Below, one piece after another: positions 53,162 through 62,984 of a stretch of 64,000 nucleotides of DNA. The translations under genes and the position numbers were made by a program. Numbering within the stretch: the first letter of the stretch is position 1; every line of letters starts with the position of its first letter. The notes under the pieces were generated by a model. The model was not told where the DNA came from. It did no database searches and worked only from the letters and a program-made list of their open reading frames with translations. Source of the DNA: an uncultured bacterium (GTDB lineage Bacteria > Desulfobacterota_D > UBA1144 > Nemesobacterales > UBA2774); contig CAWGRW010000009.1 in NCBI GenBank assembly GCA_963825135.1, positions 864,001 through 928,000 of the forward strand. The letters are read 5' to 3'.

Positions 53162-53674
53162 CTATTTAATCGCCCTGTTCCCGAACGCATTCAGATGAAA
53201 CACCTGCTCGGGAGGCTTTCTGGATTTCACGGAGCCAGCCTGTCTTTCGTCGAAATATCCGAACGGCAGTACCGTAAGGATATGAAGGTTGTCCGGTATA
53301 TTCAGATATTTCATGAGCCCTTCCCTGTCGATATTCCCTATCCAGCACGATCCCAGCTTATGGCTCCAGGCCGTCAGCACCATGTTCTGCACCGCGCGCG
53401 TCCCGTCTATTTCGTGCCATTTCGAAGAGGGGTCGGTAAGCACGACGACGGCAAAATCGACCTCCGAAACGAATTTGCCGCTTATGCAGTATTTCCCGAG
53501 CCCTCCGAGCTTGTCCCTGTCCCTGACAATTATAAACTGCCACGGCTGGTCGTTATGCGCGCTCGGCGCGAGCCTCCCTGCCTCGATGACCTCTCTCACG
53601 GCGCTATCCGGCGCCGCCTTTCTTATGTAGCTCCTTATCGAGCTCACGGTCTTTACACACTCGAATACGTCCAT
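53162..53674 (-). CDS. Nitroreductase-family protein
   Basis: SIRSY, APSAHNDQPWQF, QNMVLTAWSHKLGSCWIG, PFGY. Confidence 0.9.
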   Translation of the reverse strand: MDVFECVKTVSSIRSYIRKAAPDSAVREVIEAGRLAPSAHNDQPWQFIIVRDRDKLGGLGKYCISGKFVSEVDFAVVVLTDPSSKWHEIDGTRAVQNMVLTAWSHKLGSCWIGNIDREGLMKYLNIPDNLHILTVLPFGYFDERQAGSVKSRKPPEQVFHLNAFGNRAIK

Positions 53675-53800
53675 TTTCTTGCCGCCTCCTGCAAACCGGA
53701 ATTAGTAAACCTTCGTTTATCAATTAATATTACAGAGTAGCTTATATCGTGAAAAGATGCCGGCGTGAGCGTATGCTGAATAAAAAAAGAAGGAGTCAGA

Positions 53801-54277
53801 TTGCCGGAATCCGTTAAAATCGGGGACATGGCCCCCGCTTTCAGCCTGCCTTCCGATAGCGGCGAGGCCGTAAACATAGGCGATTACCTGGGAAAAAGGC
53901 CAATAGTCTTATTTTTTTATCCCAGGGACAATACCGCCGTGTGCACGAGAGAGGCGTGCGCGTTCAGGGATAGCTACGACGAATTCAGGAATATTGACGA
54001 CGCCGAGGTATTCGGGATCAGCTCCGACCCGGTCGAATCCCATAAACGCTTCTCTTCCGAATACAGGCTCCCCTTCAAGCTGTTGAGCGATGAGAACGGA
54101 GCCGTAAGGGGGCTGTACGGCGTGCCCAGGACCCTCGGCATCCTCCCGGGCAGGGTTACGTATGTAATAGACGGGGAAGGCATAGTGATACACATCATCT
54201 CCTCCCAGCTCGGATACAAAAAGCACGTCGAGGAAGCGATAAGGGCCCTGAGGGGTTCAGAAAACGAAGTGCCTTAG
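53801..54277 (+). CDS. bcp: Peroxiredoxin BCP/PrxQ
   Basis: FFYPRDNTAVCTREACAFRD, GRVTYVID; AAGGAG RBS. Confidence 0.92.
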   Translation: MPESVKIGDMAPAFSLPSDSGEAVNIGDYLGKRPIVLFFYPRDNTAVCTREACAFRDSYDEFRNIDDAEVFGISSDPVESHKRFSSEYRLPFKLLSDENGAVRGLYGVPRTLGILPGRVTYVIDGEGIVIHIISSQLGYKKHVEEAIRALRGSENEVP

Positions 54278-54465
54278 AATGAAGCCCGCTACCCTGCCCA
54301 CTCACGCCGGAAGCGCCTAAACGCTCAGAAGCGCCTCCCGGCTTATGGCAATATCACATCAGACGGCACTTAAATTAAGTCCCCTCACATGATATAGTTT
54401 CTGCACTGAGTTATTCAATGACGTCCGGTATCGCTGTATTATAAAGACCTACGGAGGAGAAAAGC

Positions 54466-55848
54466 GTGCTGAAAAAACCCTGGGGGGGCAGGTTCAAGAA
54501 AGATACTCACAAAATCGCCGAAAAATTTTCGGCGTCCGTCGATTTCGACAAGAGACTATACAGAGAGGACATCGAGGGCAGCATCGCACACGTAACGATG
54601 CTTGCCGAAAACAGCATTATCCTCAAAAGCGAAGCCGAAAAGATCATTAAGGGCCTGAGACTGATCGAGAAGGAAATCGATTCCGGCAAATTCCCGTTCA
54701 GGGAAGAGTTTGAGGACATACATCTCAACATAGAAAAGCGCCTCATCGAAAAAATAGGGGAAACAGGCGGAAAAATCCACACCGCGAGGAGCAGGAACGA
54801 CCAGATAGCGCTCGATATGAGGCTCTACCTCAGAAAAGAGATAACCGAGATAATCCTGCTGTTAAAAGATATCGCCGAGCGTCTCGTCGAGCTCGCGGAA
54901 AAAAATATAGATACGGTCATGCCTCTCTATACGCATCTCCAGAGGGGACAGCCCGTGCTCCTGTCGCATCATCTGATGGGCCTGTACGAGATGTTCAAAA
55001 GGGACAGGGAGAGATACCTCGACTGCTTGGGCAGGGTAAACGTCATGCCGCTCGGCGCCGGCGCCGGGGCGGGGACGACATTTCCGATCGACAGGGAATA
55101 CGTCGCGAAGCTCCTCGGTTTCCCTAAAGTCACGCAAAACAGCATAGACACTGTGAGCGACAGGGATTTCATCATCGAGTTCATAGCAGTATCGGCGAAT
55201 TTGATGATGCACCTGAGCAGGGTATCCGAAGAGCTCGTCCTGTGGTCGACAAAGGAATTCGATTTCGTCGATCTCGGCGACGAGTTCACCACCGGATCGA
55301 GCATCATGCCTCAGAAAAGGAACCCCGACATGGCCGAGCTCATACGAGGGAAGACGGGCAGGGTTTACGGAGGCCTCGTAACCATCCTGACGATCATGAA
55401 AGGCCTCCCGTTCTCGTACAACAGGGACATGCAGGAGGACAAGGAGCCGATGTTCGATACGGCAGACACCGTCAGATCCTCCCTCGAGGTATTGAGGGCT
55501 ATGTTGAAAAGCATTGCGTTCAAGCACAAAAACATGAAGAAGGCCCTTACGGAGGGCTTTATAACGGCGACCGACATCGCGGACTATCTGACGCGTAAGG
55601 GTATGCCCTTCAGGAAGTCGCACGAGGTAACGGGCAGGATAGTAGGTTATGCGGAGGAGAAAGGGAGGGAACTGATTAACCTCCATATATCGGAGTACAA
55701 GATGTTCTCCAAACTCTTCGAGGAAGACCTCTTCGACCACATTACCCTCGAAGGCTCGGTCAGCGGGAGGAAATCCTACGGAGGGACCGCGAGGCAGAAC
55801 GTCCTCAGGATGATCGCGCAGGCGAGGAAAGAGACGGGCAAATGGTGA
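54466..55848 (+). CDS. argH: Argininosuccinate lyase
   Basis: WGGRF, HTARSRNDQ, GSSIMPQKRNPD, YNRDMQEDKE. Confidence 0.98.
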   Translation: MLKKPWGGRFKKDTHKIAEKFSASVDFDKRLYREDIEGSIAHVTMLAENSIILKSEAEKIIKGLRLIEKEIDSGKFPFREEFEDIHLNIEKRLIEKIGETGGKIHTARSRNDQIALDMRLYLRKEITEIILLLKDIAERLVELAEKNIDTVMPLYTHLQRGQPVLLSHHLMGLYEMFKRDRERYLDCLGRVNVMPLGAGAGAGTTFPIDREYVAKLLGFPKVTQNSIDTVSDRDFIIEFIAVSANLMMHLSRVSEELVLWSTKEFDFVDLGDEFTTGSSIMPQKRNPDMAELIRGKTGRVYGGLVTILTIMKGLPFSYNRDMQEDKEPMFDTADTVRSSLEVLRAMLKSIAFKHKNMKKALTEGFITATDIADYLTRKGMPFRKSHEVTGRIVGYAEEKGRELINLHISEYKMFSKLFEEDLFDHITLEGSVSGRKSYGGTARQNVLRMIAQARKETGKW

Positions 55849-55880
55849 CATCGGAACAGGGTTAATCAGGAGATTTAGCG

Positions 55881-56309
55881 TTGAAAGAAATGTCCCGGGA
55901 CGAATATAGAGAATTCCTCCTACGGGGAACGAAAACCGGCAAACTTGCCACGGTGAGGGGGGACGGACGCCCTCACGTCGTTCCCGTCTGGTATGATCTC
56001 GACGGCGACGTGCTTGTATTTACGACCGGGGATCGGTCGGTCAAGTATAAGAACATGAAACGCGACCCCAGAGTGTCCATTACCGTGGACGACCAGACCC
56101 CTCCATATTCGTATGTCATGATCGAGGGGACGGTTTCGTTTTCGGAGGACCCCGCAGAGCTCCTTTACTGGGCAACTCGCATCGGCGGCCGTTACATGGG
56201 GGAAGACCAGGCGGAAGCGTACGGCAAAAGAAACTCGGCGGCCGGCGAAGTGATAGTGCGCATCATACCGTCTAAGATTTCGGCCTGCAAAGACGTGACG
56301 GGGTGGTAG
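55881..56309 (+). CDS. PPOX-class (putatively F420-dependent) oxidoreductase
   Basis: GKLATVRGDGRPHVVPVWY, KYKNMKRDPRVSITVDD, PYSYVMIEG. Confidence 0.88.
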   Translation: MKEMSRDEYREFLLRGTKTGKLATVRGDGRPHVVPVWYDLDGDVLVFTTGDRSVKYKNMKRDPRVSITVDDQTPPYSYVMIEGTVSFSEDPAELLYWATRIGGRYMGEDQAEAYGKRNSAAGEVIVRIIPSKISACKDVTGW

Positions 56310-56372
56310 GAATTGTGTTAAGCCGGGTTAGTCGCCGCTCGAATCCGTGAACCGGCGGAATTCCATCCTGAT

Positions 56373-57602
56373 TCACTGCCCGACTGAGACTTCTTTCATG
56401 ATTCCGGAGGCGATAATATATTGATAGATATACTCCCCCACTATTTTATTGGCCAGGGGGGAATAATGCTTACTTAAAGCCGTACACCTGTCATCATTGA
56501 TCTTATTAACATCGACTTCTTCAAACGCATCCATCAGATCAATATATCGGTAATTCCTGGAATCAAAGTATGAGAGAAGGGGTGCGTATACTTTTATTTT
56601 ATCTTTCTTATAAGTAAGCATATCCCCGACTGTCGGGAAAATGAGTATTATGGGGATCGAATCGTTTTTCAGGGCTTCTTGATAGAATCTATCGAAGATT
56701 TGAACCGTTATCCTGTATGCTTCAGATGATGTATCAAAGTAGCCGTCGGCGACAAAATCCATCTTGTGAGAATTGCCGCCCCTGAGTTTACCGATTATCA
56801 ATCGAATTAAGCGTACGGTCGGAGAAAAATCAAAAACGCTCGAATGATACCGTTTCGGATAGTAATAATCGTTTACGCCGATACCCGGCAGAACATCGGA
56901 CGGTTTATTGAGGAGTCTTCTGTAATCTTCCAGCTCGGATATCGGGTTAGGGATTAAAAGAAGTCCGTCGTCCTCGATCGAGAATCTGGGCTTGGTCAAA
57001 GGTATATCGGAGTTCTCGCTGTAGAAGGGACGAAAGTTATTTACGTGCCGAAGAATGTCCCGCGTCATAAATCCGATAAATACGACATGCGGTTTGTATT
57101 GCGCGCCTTCATTCTGATAGCGCAGTAGTGCTTGATCGAGCCCATAACCCCAAACCCCGAAATTGAGGACTTCCATACTGGGATCGAGCTTCTCCATCAC
57201 GGCTTGCCAGGTTTCGTCGTTGCTTACATCGTCTCCGTGAGTGTAGGAATCACCATATGTCGAGATGCGAAGCACGCCGGCGGGCGGCACGGAGTCATAC
57301 TCCCTGCTGCTCCTTATGCCGGATGAATTCGATTTATACAATTTCTTATTACAATCGACCAGGAATTCGCCATTCTTTTTAATTGTCCATCCCATTACGG
57401 AACTATAGTCGATATAGTGCGACTCGCCGTTCAGAAGCCTCTTCAAAATATCCCTCTGTTCCTCCGATATCGAATCCGCGGGACTAAAAAAAACATTACG
57501 GGCTTTTTCGAGGAAAGTGAGTCCCAAGTATGAAATTCCTTCAATCGACAGATAGATTACGCAAATGTAGCTCAATAAGAATATATATCTTTTCATATTC
57601 AT
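56373..57602 (-). CDS. Membrane-anchored SGNH/GDSL hydrolase-like protein
   Basis: N-terminal TM; YGDSYTHG, LNFGVWGYGLDQ, late HYSP; AT-richer than its neighbours. Confidence 0.75.
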   Translation of the reverse strand: MNMKRYIFLLSYICVIYLSIEGISYLGLTFLEKARNVFFSPADSISEEQRDILKRLLNGESHYIDYSSVMGWTIKKNGEFLVDCNKKLYKSNSSGIRSSREYDSVPPAGVLRISTYGDSYTHGDDVSNDETWQAVMEKLDPSMEVLNFGVWGYGLDQALLRYQNEGAQYKPHVVFIGFMTRDILRHVNNFRPFYSENSDIPLTKPRFSIEDDGLLLIPNPISELEDYRRLLNKPSDVLPGIGVNDYYYPKRYHSSVFDFSPTVRLIRLIIGKLRGGNSHKMDFVADGYFDTSSEAYRITVQIFDRFYQEALKNDSIPIILIFPTVGDMLTYKKDKIKVYAPLLSYFDSRNYRYIDLMDAFEEVDVNKINDDRCTALSKHYSPLANKIVGEYIYQYIIASGIMKEVSVGQ

Positions 57603-57921
57603 TTCATCTGTTATTGGGCTAAATGGGCAATTCCCTATAATAAAACAGGACCCAAGCTACGTCGAAATAATATCTCTATCGTATAAATATTACAAAGAAT
57701 AAATCAATACCGCGGCGGGCGCACGGCACCCCGGTACAGGTCAGGTTTCCTGGATTCATATACGGCGGCCGTATTCGATAAGCATTGCCGGGTCCCTGAT
57801 ATTAAATTTGAGCTGGAATTATTTAAAATACTGATTTATCATCGGATATAACGATTCAATGCCCCGATTCTAATAATCCGGTGCCCGTTCGGTACTATAA
57901 ATAAATAACCTGGAGGGAGTG

Positions 57922-59277
57922 ATGAAGCTTCACTCGGAGAGGAAGCCCGACAACAGCATGTACATAAGCAGAATCATGTCGAGGTTCCTCGCGGCCGAAA
58001 AAAGGTACAGCCCTATCTTATTGTGGTCGGCAATAGTGGGCATACTCACGGGCCTGGTCGCGGCATTATTTCAAATCTCGATAGACAAAGTGCAGGAACT
58101 GAGAGAGGTCATCTTAAAGACGCTTCCTCAAGTCCCTCCGCTTCTGCTTGCGGCGTCCGTAATATTCTCGGCGGTTCTGGTATTTCTCGCATTTTTACTC
58201 GTCAGAAGGGTGGCTCCGGAGACCGGGGGCAGCGGCGTGCACGAGATTGAAGGCGCGCTCGACGATGTAAGGCCCATAAGGTGGAAAAACGTTCTCCCCG
58301 TAAAATTCATCGGGGGGATGCTCTCCCTCGGAAGCGGAATGGTCCTAGGCAGGGAAGGACCCACGATACACATGGGAGGGAACATAGGCAAGATGGTCGC
58401 CGACATTTTCAAGGCCCGCAAGGAAGACGCGCACGCGCTCATAGCCGCCGGCGCGGGCGGCGGGCTGGCTGCGGCATTCAACGCTCCCCTGGCGGGCATA
58501 CTCTTTGTCTTCGAGGAGATGCGCCCCGAATTCAGATACAACTTTCTATCCGTTCAATCGGTCATCATAGCCTCAGCCGCATCCGACATAGCCCTCCGCT
58601 CCGTCATGGGGCAGCGCCCCGATATAGAAATGACCATGCTCGCTCCCCCTCCGCTTACGTCCCTGTGGTTATTCCTGGTCTTCGGACTCCTCTTCGGCAT
58701 ACTCGGCGTCATTTTCAACTTCTTCCTCATCAGAACGCTCGACTTCTTCTCGACCCTGAAAGGCCCCGCATTCACGTTTACCGGCCTTTACGTGGGGGGG
58801 GTCATCGGCCTCGTCGCATGGCTTTATCCCGGCATGACGGGCGGAGGGTACAAGGTCATACCGGAAGCCATTTCGGGAGCCATACCGATAACCATGCTTC
58901 TCCTTCTGTTCTTCGCGCGGTTCGGCACGACGATGATAAGCTACGGCTCGGGAGCGCCGGGCGGCATATTCGCGCCGATGCTCGCCCTGGGGACACTGTT
59001 CGGCATGTGGTACGGGAACATAGCGCACGGCTTTCTTCCCGGAGTCGATATAACACCGGAGATGTTTGCAGTAGCAGGCATGGCCGCCCTCTTCTGTGCT
59101 ACGGTAAGGGCGCCTCTCACGGGCATCGCTATCACGATAGAGATGACGGGGAATTACTTCCTGATACTCCCGCTCATCCTTACATGCCTCACGGCCACTC
59201 TGGTGGCGGAGGGATTGGGAGGAAAGCCCGTATATACGCTTCTATTGAAACGTGCCCTCAGTATCGCGAAGAAATAA
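57922..59277 (+). CDS. clcA: H+/Cl- exchange transporter ClcA
   Basis: GSGVHE, GREGPT, FNAPLAG, GGIFAP, PVY. Confidence 0.93.
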   Translation: MKLHSERKPDNSMYISRIMSRFLAAEKRYSPILLWSAIVGILTGLVAALFQISIDKVQELREVILKTLPQVPPLLLAASVIFSAVLVFLAFLLVRRVAPETGGSGVHEIEGALDDVRPIRWKNVLPVKFIGGMLSLGSGMVLGREGPTIHMGGNIGKMVADIFKARKEDAHALIAAGAGGGLAAAFNAPLAGILFVFEEMRPEFRYNFLSVQSVIIASAASDIALRSVMGQRPDIEMTMLAPPPLTSLWLFLVFGLLFGILGVIFNFFLIRTLDFFSTLKGPAFTFTGLYVGGVIGLVAWLYPGMTGGGYKVIPEAISGAIPITMLLLLFFARFGTTMISYGSGAPGGIFAPMLALGTLFGMWYGNIAHGFLPGVDITPEMFAVAGMAALFCATVRAPLTGIAITIEMTGNYFLILPLILTCLTATLVAEGLGGKPVYTLLLKRALSIAKK

Positions 59278-59398
59278 CGCATTATTAATATGTTCGATTC
59301 TGAATATCCTGAAGTATTGCGAATGCGGAAGGGATAAAGCAAAAACAGGCGAAACCCGGCCGGACGGACGGTAATTCAGCGGCGCTTCGGGCCTTGAA

Positions 59399-60661
59399 TC
59401 AGAGCACTTCCTCCTTGCATCCCCCCTCCCTCAATATCTCCTCAATCTCGTACCCGGCCGCTATACTCGCGATACACGATACAAGCTCGTGCACCGGGGA
59501 ATAAATCATAACGTCGGCGGCGGCTTCGGACTTTTCGCCCTCGCCGTATATAGGAGAAAATTCCATCCCCTTCGTATTCAGGTTCTCGTGATCGTCCTTC
59601 CCCCGGTTGAGCCTCAAAAAGCCGCCGGCCGCCTTTGCCTCGATAAGATAGAATACTGACTCGGCCGAGGCTCCCGAAGCCAGCTTCAATGCTGTCGGTA
59701 TGCCTTCCTGAATGACTATATCCCTTACCGGCTTTCCCCCCTTGCTCACCCTCATCCGTTTTCTTCCCTCGGCGTTCAATGTTCGTATCTCGTCGCTGTT
59801 AGAAACACTTATGACCGCCATGCCGTAGGTCCCGGAATTACTCTTGAGGAAGAGATAGGGCTCATCGGGAATCCCCTTCTCGGCATAGACCTTCCTGAGC
59901 CTCTCAAGCATCGAGTCCGCAAGCGACGCGGCCTTGTCCCTGTCCCCCGGGTTATCGAAGTCCACGCCCTGGAGCGAATCCGTATCGATAGAGATAATCC
60001 AGGGGTCGATGCCCAGAATCTCGGCCGCCTCCCCCGCGAGTTTATTATAAAACTCGAAATGCACGTTCTTTCGCCTCGTGTGCCACCCGATTTCAACGGG
60101 CGGCTCGACAGGCTGCAGTATGTCTTTCAGTGTTTTCGGGCATTTCTCGGAGAAATCGTTATTGATAAGCAATAAATCGGGAGACCCTTTCGACGTAAAT
60201 ATCCTGTGCCCCTCTTTCATCACTTTATAGGCCGCGACATCTCCTCCGCTCTGTGAACGAAAGCTCGCCTCGTCCAGGTTAAAATCGTCGCTCACTATCC
60301 CCACCTCAACCCGGTAACCGACTTTTTCGAGGATCGTCTTAAGCACGAGTATATTTTCCCAATAAAACGGGTTTCTCGTGTGGAGCTCGGGTATGATTAG
60401 AATATCATTGACTTTAGGGTATTTGCGCGTGAAGTAATCCTTGAACAGTCCGGATGCCCGGTCCCTGAAGTTTTGTGACAGGTTATTGAATCCGGCCGGA
60501 AAGATATTCGTATCGACGGGAGCGATTTTGTAATCGGATACCCTCACGTCAACCGAGGAGTAGAGCGGTATAAATTCCTTCTCAGCCTTGCCTCTGATCC
60601 AGGTCTCTATTCTTTCCCTGTTTTCCGATATAATGACGTTTAGTTCATTAATATGCCGCAT
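59399..60661 (-). CDS. gshA: Glutamate-cysteine ligase (short GshA type)
   Basis: YSSVDVR, APVDTNIFPAGFNNL, PELHTRN, LINNDFS, GTYGMAV, IQEGI, NLN. Confidence 0.85.
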   Translation of the reverse strand: MRHINELNVIISENRERIETWIRGKAEKEFIPLYSSVDVRVSDYKIAPVDTNIFPAGFNNLSQNFRDRASGLFKDYFTRKYPKVNDILIIPELHTRNPFYWENILVLKTILEKVGYRVEVGIVSDDFNLDEASFRSQSGGDVAAYKVMKEGHRIFTSKGSPDLLLINNDFSEKCPKTLKDILQPVEPPVEIGWHTRRKNVHFEFYNKLAGEAAEILGIDPWIISIDTDSLQGVDFDNPGDRDKAASLADSMLERLRKVYAEKGIPDEPYLFLKSNSGTYGMAVISVSNSDEIRTLNAEGRKRMRVSKGGKPVRDIVIQEGIPTALKLASGASAESVFYLIEAKAAGGFLRLNRGKDDHENLNTKGMEFSPIYGEGEKSEAAADVMIYSPVHELVSCIASIAAGYEIEEILREGGCKEEVL

Positions 60662-60668
60662 CGCAGAG

Positions 60669-61607
60669 TTAATCTTTCACCACGTAAGTTCCGGCGATTT
60701 TATCATGCCAGGTTTGACATTCGGCATCGATCAGGGACCACAAATATCCGGCAAATAAGAATACCGCGGAAATGTAATAACCAACCCATCTGACAAACGC
60801 TTCCCAAAGCCCGACATCTTCGCCTTCGCTATTTATCAATTTTATACCCAATAACATCTTTCCGGCGGTCTTCCCTCCGTACCCGTGCAGAAAAACAAAA
60901 TATGTGGATGCGAGTACGAAGAGCACGAGATACAGGGGAAGGAGAACATTCTCGGAGTCATACGCAGCGAAATTGAGACCATATACCAGATACAGGCCCG
61001 AGACCGCCGCAAGGAAGGCTATCAGGGAAACAATCATAATGTCCACGATGAAGGCCAGCGCCCGTGCGGTAATGCCGGCAAGATTATACACATCCGGCTC
61101 CTGCTCGTACTGCATCTTTCTTTTCTCGGAGAACCGCCTGTAATCCGTATCGCCGCGCCCTTCAAATAAGTAAGGGTCCGGACGCCGCTCGGATAAATCC
61201 TCTTCCATAAACGGCGTGCTGCTCCGATCGTCCGCGTTGGAAACACCTGTTTTATCCCCGGCCGAAGCCTCTCTCTCGAACTTTTTAGATACACTAAACA
61301 ACTCATGGGATTCAGAAGACGAACCCTTTCCGACCGCTCTTTCGCGCTTTCGTCGTGAAGCTCGCGTTTTCGGAGATTTTGCCGGCGAAGACTCAGTCTC
61401 TTCTCCGATGGGGATGTCCAGGAACAGATCGCCCGTTAAAGAGTCGTTCCGGTCTTTTTCCGGGACTCGTCGGCGGGAATCTTCCGCGCCGGTTACCGCG
61501 TCCCCTCTTTCGCCCCCAGTCTCGTGACCGGCTTTGAGCGGAGAACCGCACTTCTTGCAGTACTCCAGATGATCAAAGCTGTTATATCCGCAGGAAGGGC
61601 ATTTCAT
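60669..61607 (-). CDS. RDD-family protein with N-terminal zinc ribbon
   Basis: CPSCGYNSFDHLEYCKKCG; RALAFIVD, GKTAGK, WHDKIAGTYVV. Confidence 0.88.
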   Translation of the reverse strand: MKCPSCGYNSFDHLEYCKKCGSPLKAGHETGGERGDAVTGAEDSRRRVPEKDRNDSLTGDLFLDIPIGEETESSPAKSPKTRASRRKRERAVGKGSSSESHELFSVSKKFEREASAGDKTGVSNADDRSSTPFMEEDLSERRPDPYLFEGRGDTDYRRFSEKRKMQYEQEPDVYNLAGITARALAFIVDIMIVSLIAFLAAVSGLYLVYGLNFAAYDSENVLLPLYLVLFVLASTYFVFLHGYGGKTAGKMLLGIKLINSEGEDVGLWEAFVRWVGYYISAVFLFAGYLWSLIDAECQTWHDKIAGTYVVKD

Positions 61608-61653
61608 AGGTGTCCGGGCAGAATAGAATTTGGAAAATCAAAAAAAAACGCAT

Positions 61654-61724
61654 AAAAAATGCGCCCTAACCCGATCGATCAGACTGCAGGAGCTGATTTT
61701 AATATCCAACCGGGTTAGGGCGCA
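61654..61724 (-). terminator. Terminator-like inverted repeat with a large loop
   Basis: Perfect 14-bp arms at 61660-61673 and 61711-61724; T6 follows on the minus strand. Confidence 0.6.
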
Positions 61725-61746
61725 ATTGATTAGCTTAAGAATAGTG

Positions 61747-62871
61747 TCAGGAACCTGCCTTGAGTTTAATTTCAATGGCCGACTTAAGGCCTTCCGGATT
61801 CGCGCCAGGAACCATCATGCCGTTAACTACGAATGTGGGTGTGGACGAAACCCCTACAGCGGATGCTTCCTTCATCTGACTCTCCACCTTCGCTTTCGCC
61901 TCGGGTGATTTCAGACATGCGTCGAACTTCTTCGTATCGAGCCCCAGCTCTTTTGCATACTGATTGAACTTTTCGTTAGAGTTCTCGAGGGTGATATCCT
62001 TCTGAGTATCGAAAAGCTTGTCATGGAGGGCCCAGAATTTATCGTTCCCCTGTTCAAAGGCGCAAGTTGCGGCTATAGCTGCAGGCATCGCCCAGTTGTG
62101 GTTTTGCAGAGGCATCTGTTTGTACACGATCTTGATCTTGCCGTTGTAATCCTTCAATATTGCCGGGAGCATGTCCTTTCCCCTCTTGCAGAAGGGACAC
62201 TGGAAATCGGAATATTCCACTATTACCACCTTGGCGTTTTCCGCGCCTCTGACAGGTACGTTCTCAAGTGAAATCTTTTCCATTATCTCTTTATGCGGAT
62301 CGACGGTCGTGTCGAATATCTCGGATCCGAGGACAAGATACTTTCCGTCTCCGCTGATAAAGACGGGAACCGTCTGACGTCCCCCCATATTAAAAGATCC
62401 TTCCTTGAACCCCGCAAGCTTCGAATCCTTAAACTTTGCAAGATCTATTATCTCGTTATTGATAATAAGGAACTTCCCGTCGGTCGTCATAAGCACGGGA
62501 AACTCGCCCCTGGGGATCGGTATCGCGCCTTTTTTGATATTTTTTATCAGTGTCGGTTTGAATCCGGACGTGTCCACCATGTTGCCCATCAATAAATACT
62601 TTCCATCCTGGCTGATCACAAAAGCGACGTCCTGCGAACCCTGGGCGGTGGTGATAACGAAAGTGCCTTTCTTGAGACCCTTTATAGAGCTTGCCTCAAA
62701 TCCCTTAACCTCGATGACGGTATCGGGCGTCAAATTCGCTCCGAAACTGTTCTTAAAGAAACCCTGAAGTCGGGCTGATTCATCCTTTGATATTTGCTGG
62801 CTGAACGCCTGGGTACTTACAATTAGGAATGTTATCGTAAGTAGTACCGAGGACAGAAATTTAAACTTCAT
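61747..62871 (-). CDS. Exported DsbA/DsbC-like thioredoxin-fold protein with three N-terminal repeats
   Basis: Signal peptide; EYSDFQCPFC, GVSSTPTF; three copies of the xxDGKY/FL module. Confidence 0.9.
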   Translation of the reverse strand: MKFKFLSSVLLTITFLIVSTQAFSQQISKDESARLQGFFKNSFGANLTPDTVIEVKGFEASSIKGLKKGTFVITTAQGSQDVAFVISQDGKYLLMGNMVDTSGFKPTLIKNIKKGAIPIPRGEFPVLMTTDGKFLIINNEIIDLAKFKDSKLAGFKEGSFNMGGRQTVPVFISGDGKYLVLGSEIFDTTVDPHKEIMEKISLENVPVRGAENAKVVIVEYSDFQCPFCKRGKDMLPAILKDYNGKIKIVYKQMPLQNHNWAMPAAIAATCAFEQGNDKFWALHDKLFDTQKDITLENSNEKFNQYAKELGLDTKKFDACLKSPEAKAKVESQMKEASAVGVSSTPTFVVNGMMVPGANPEGLKSAIEIKLKAGS

Positions 62872-62984
62872 ACACGCCTCCTTTGCTTTGGTTAGCTAAA
62901 ACTATACCACTGAATGTTAAGAAAGCAACATAAACTCCGCCGGGCAAATTTGATCGCTAGTGGCTGGAATCATTCAATTTTAAT

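Noticed and set aside
54310..54337. Direct repeat GAAGCGCCT x2
   Set aside because: Only two 9-bp copies, with no array or other support
54402..54417. ARG box before argH
   Set aside because: TGCA...TTCA spacing is 2 nt too long, and I saw no matching boxes at argC or argG
54862..55851. Long antisense and alternate-frame ORFs (also 6415-7152, 52158-52937, 58281-59288)
   Set aside because: Shadow ORFs of well-supported genes in GC3-rich DNA, with no motifs or RBS
57603..57921. Fluoride riboswitch / fluoride exporter
   Set aside because: No crcB-motif sequence visible; the protein has GSGVH and GREGPT, typical of chloride-type ClC rather than CLC-F
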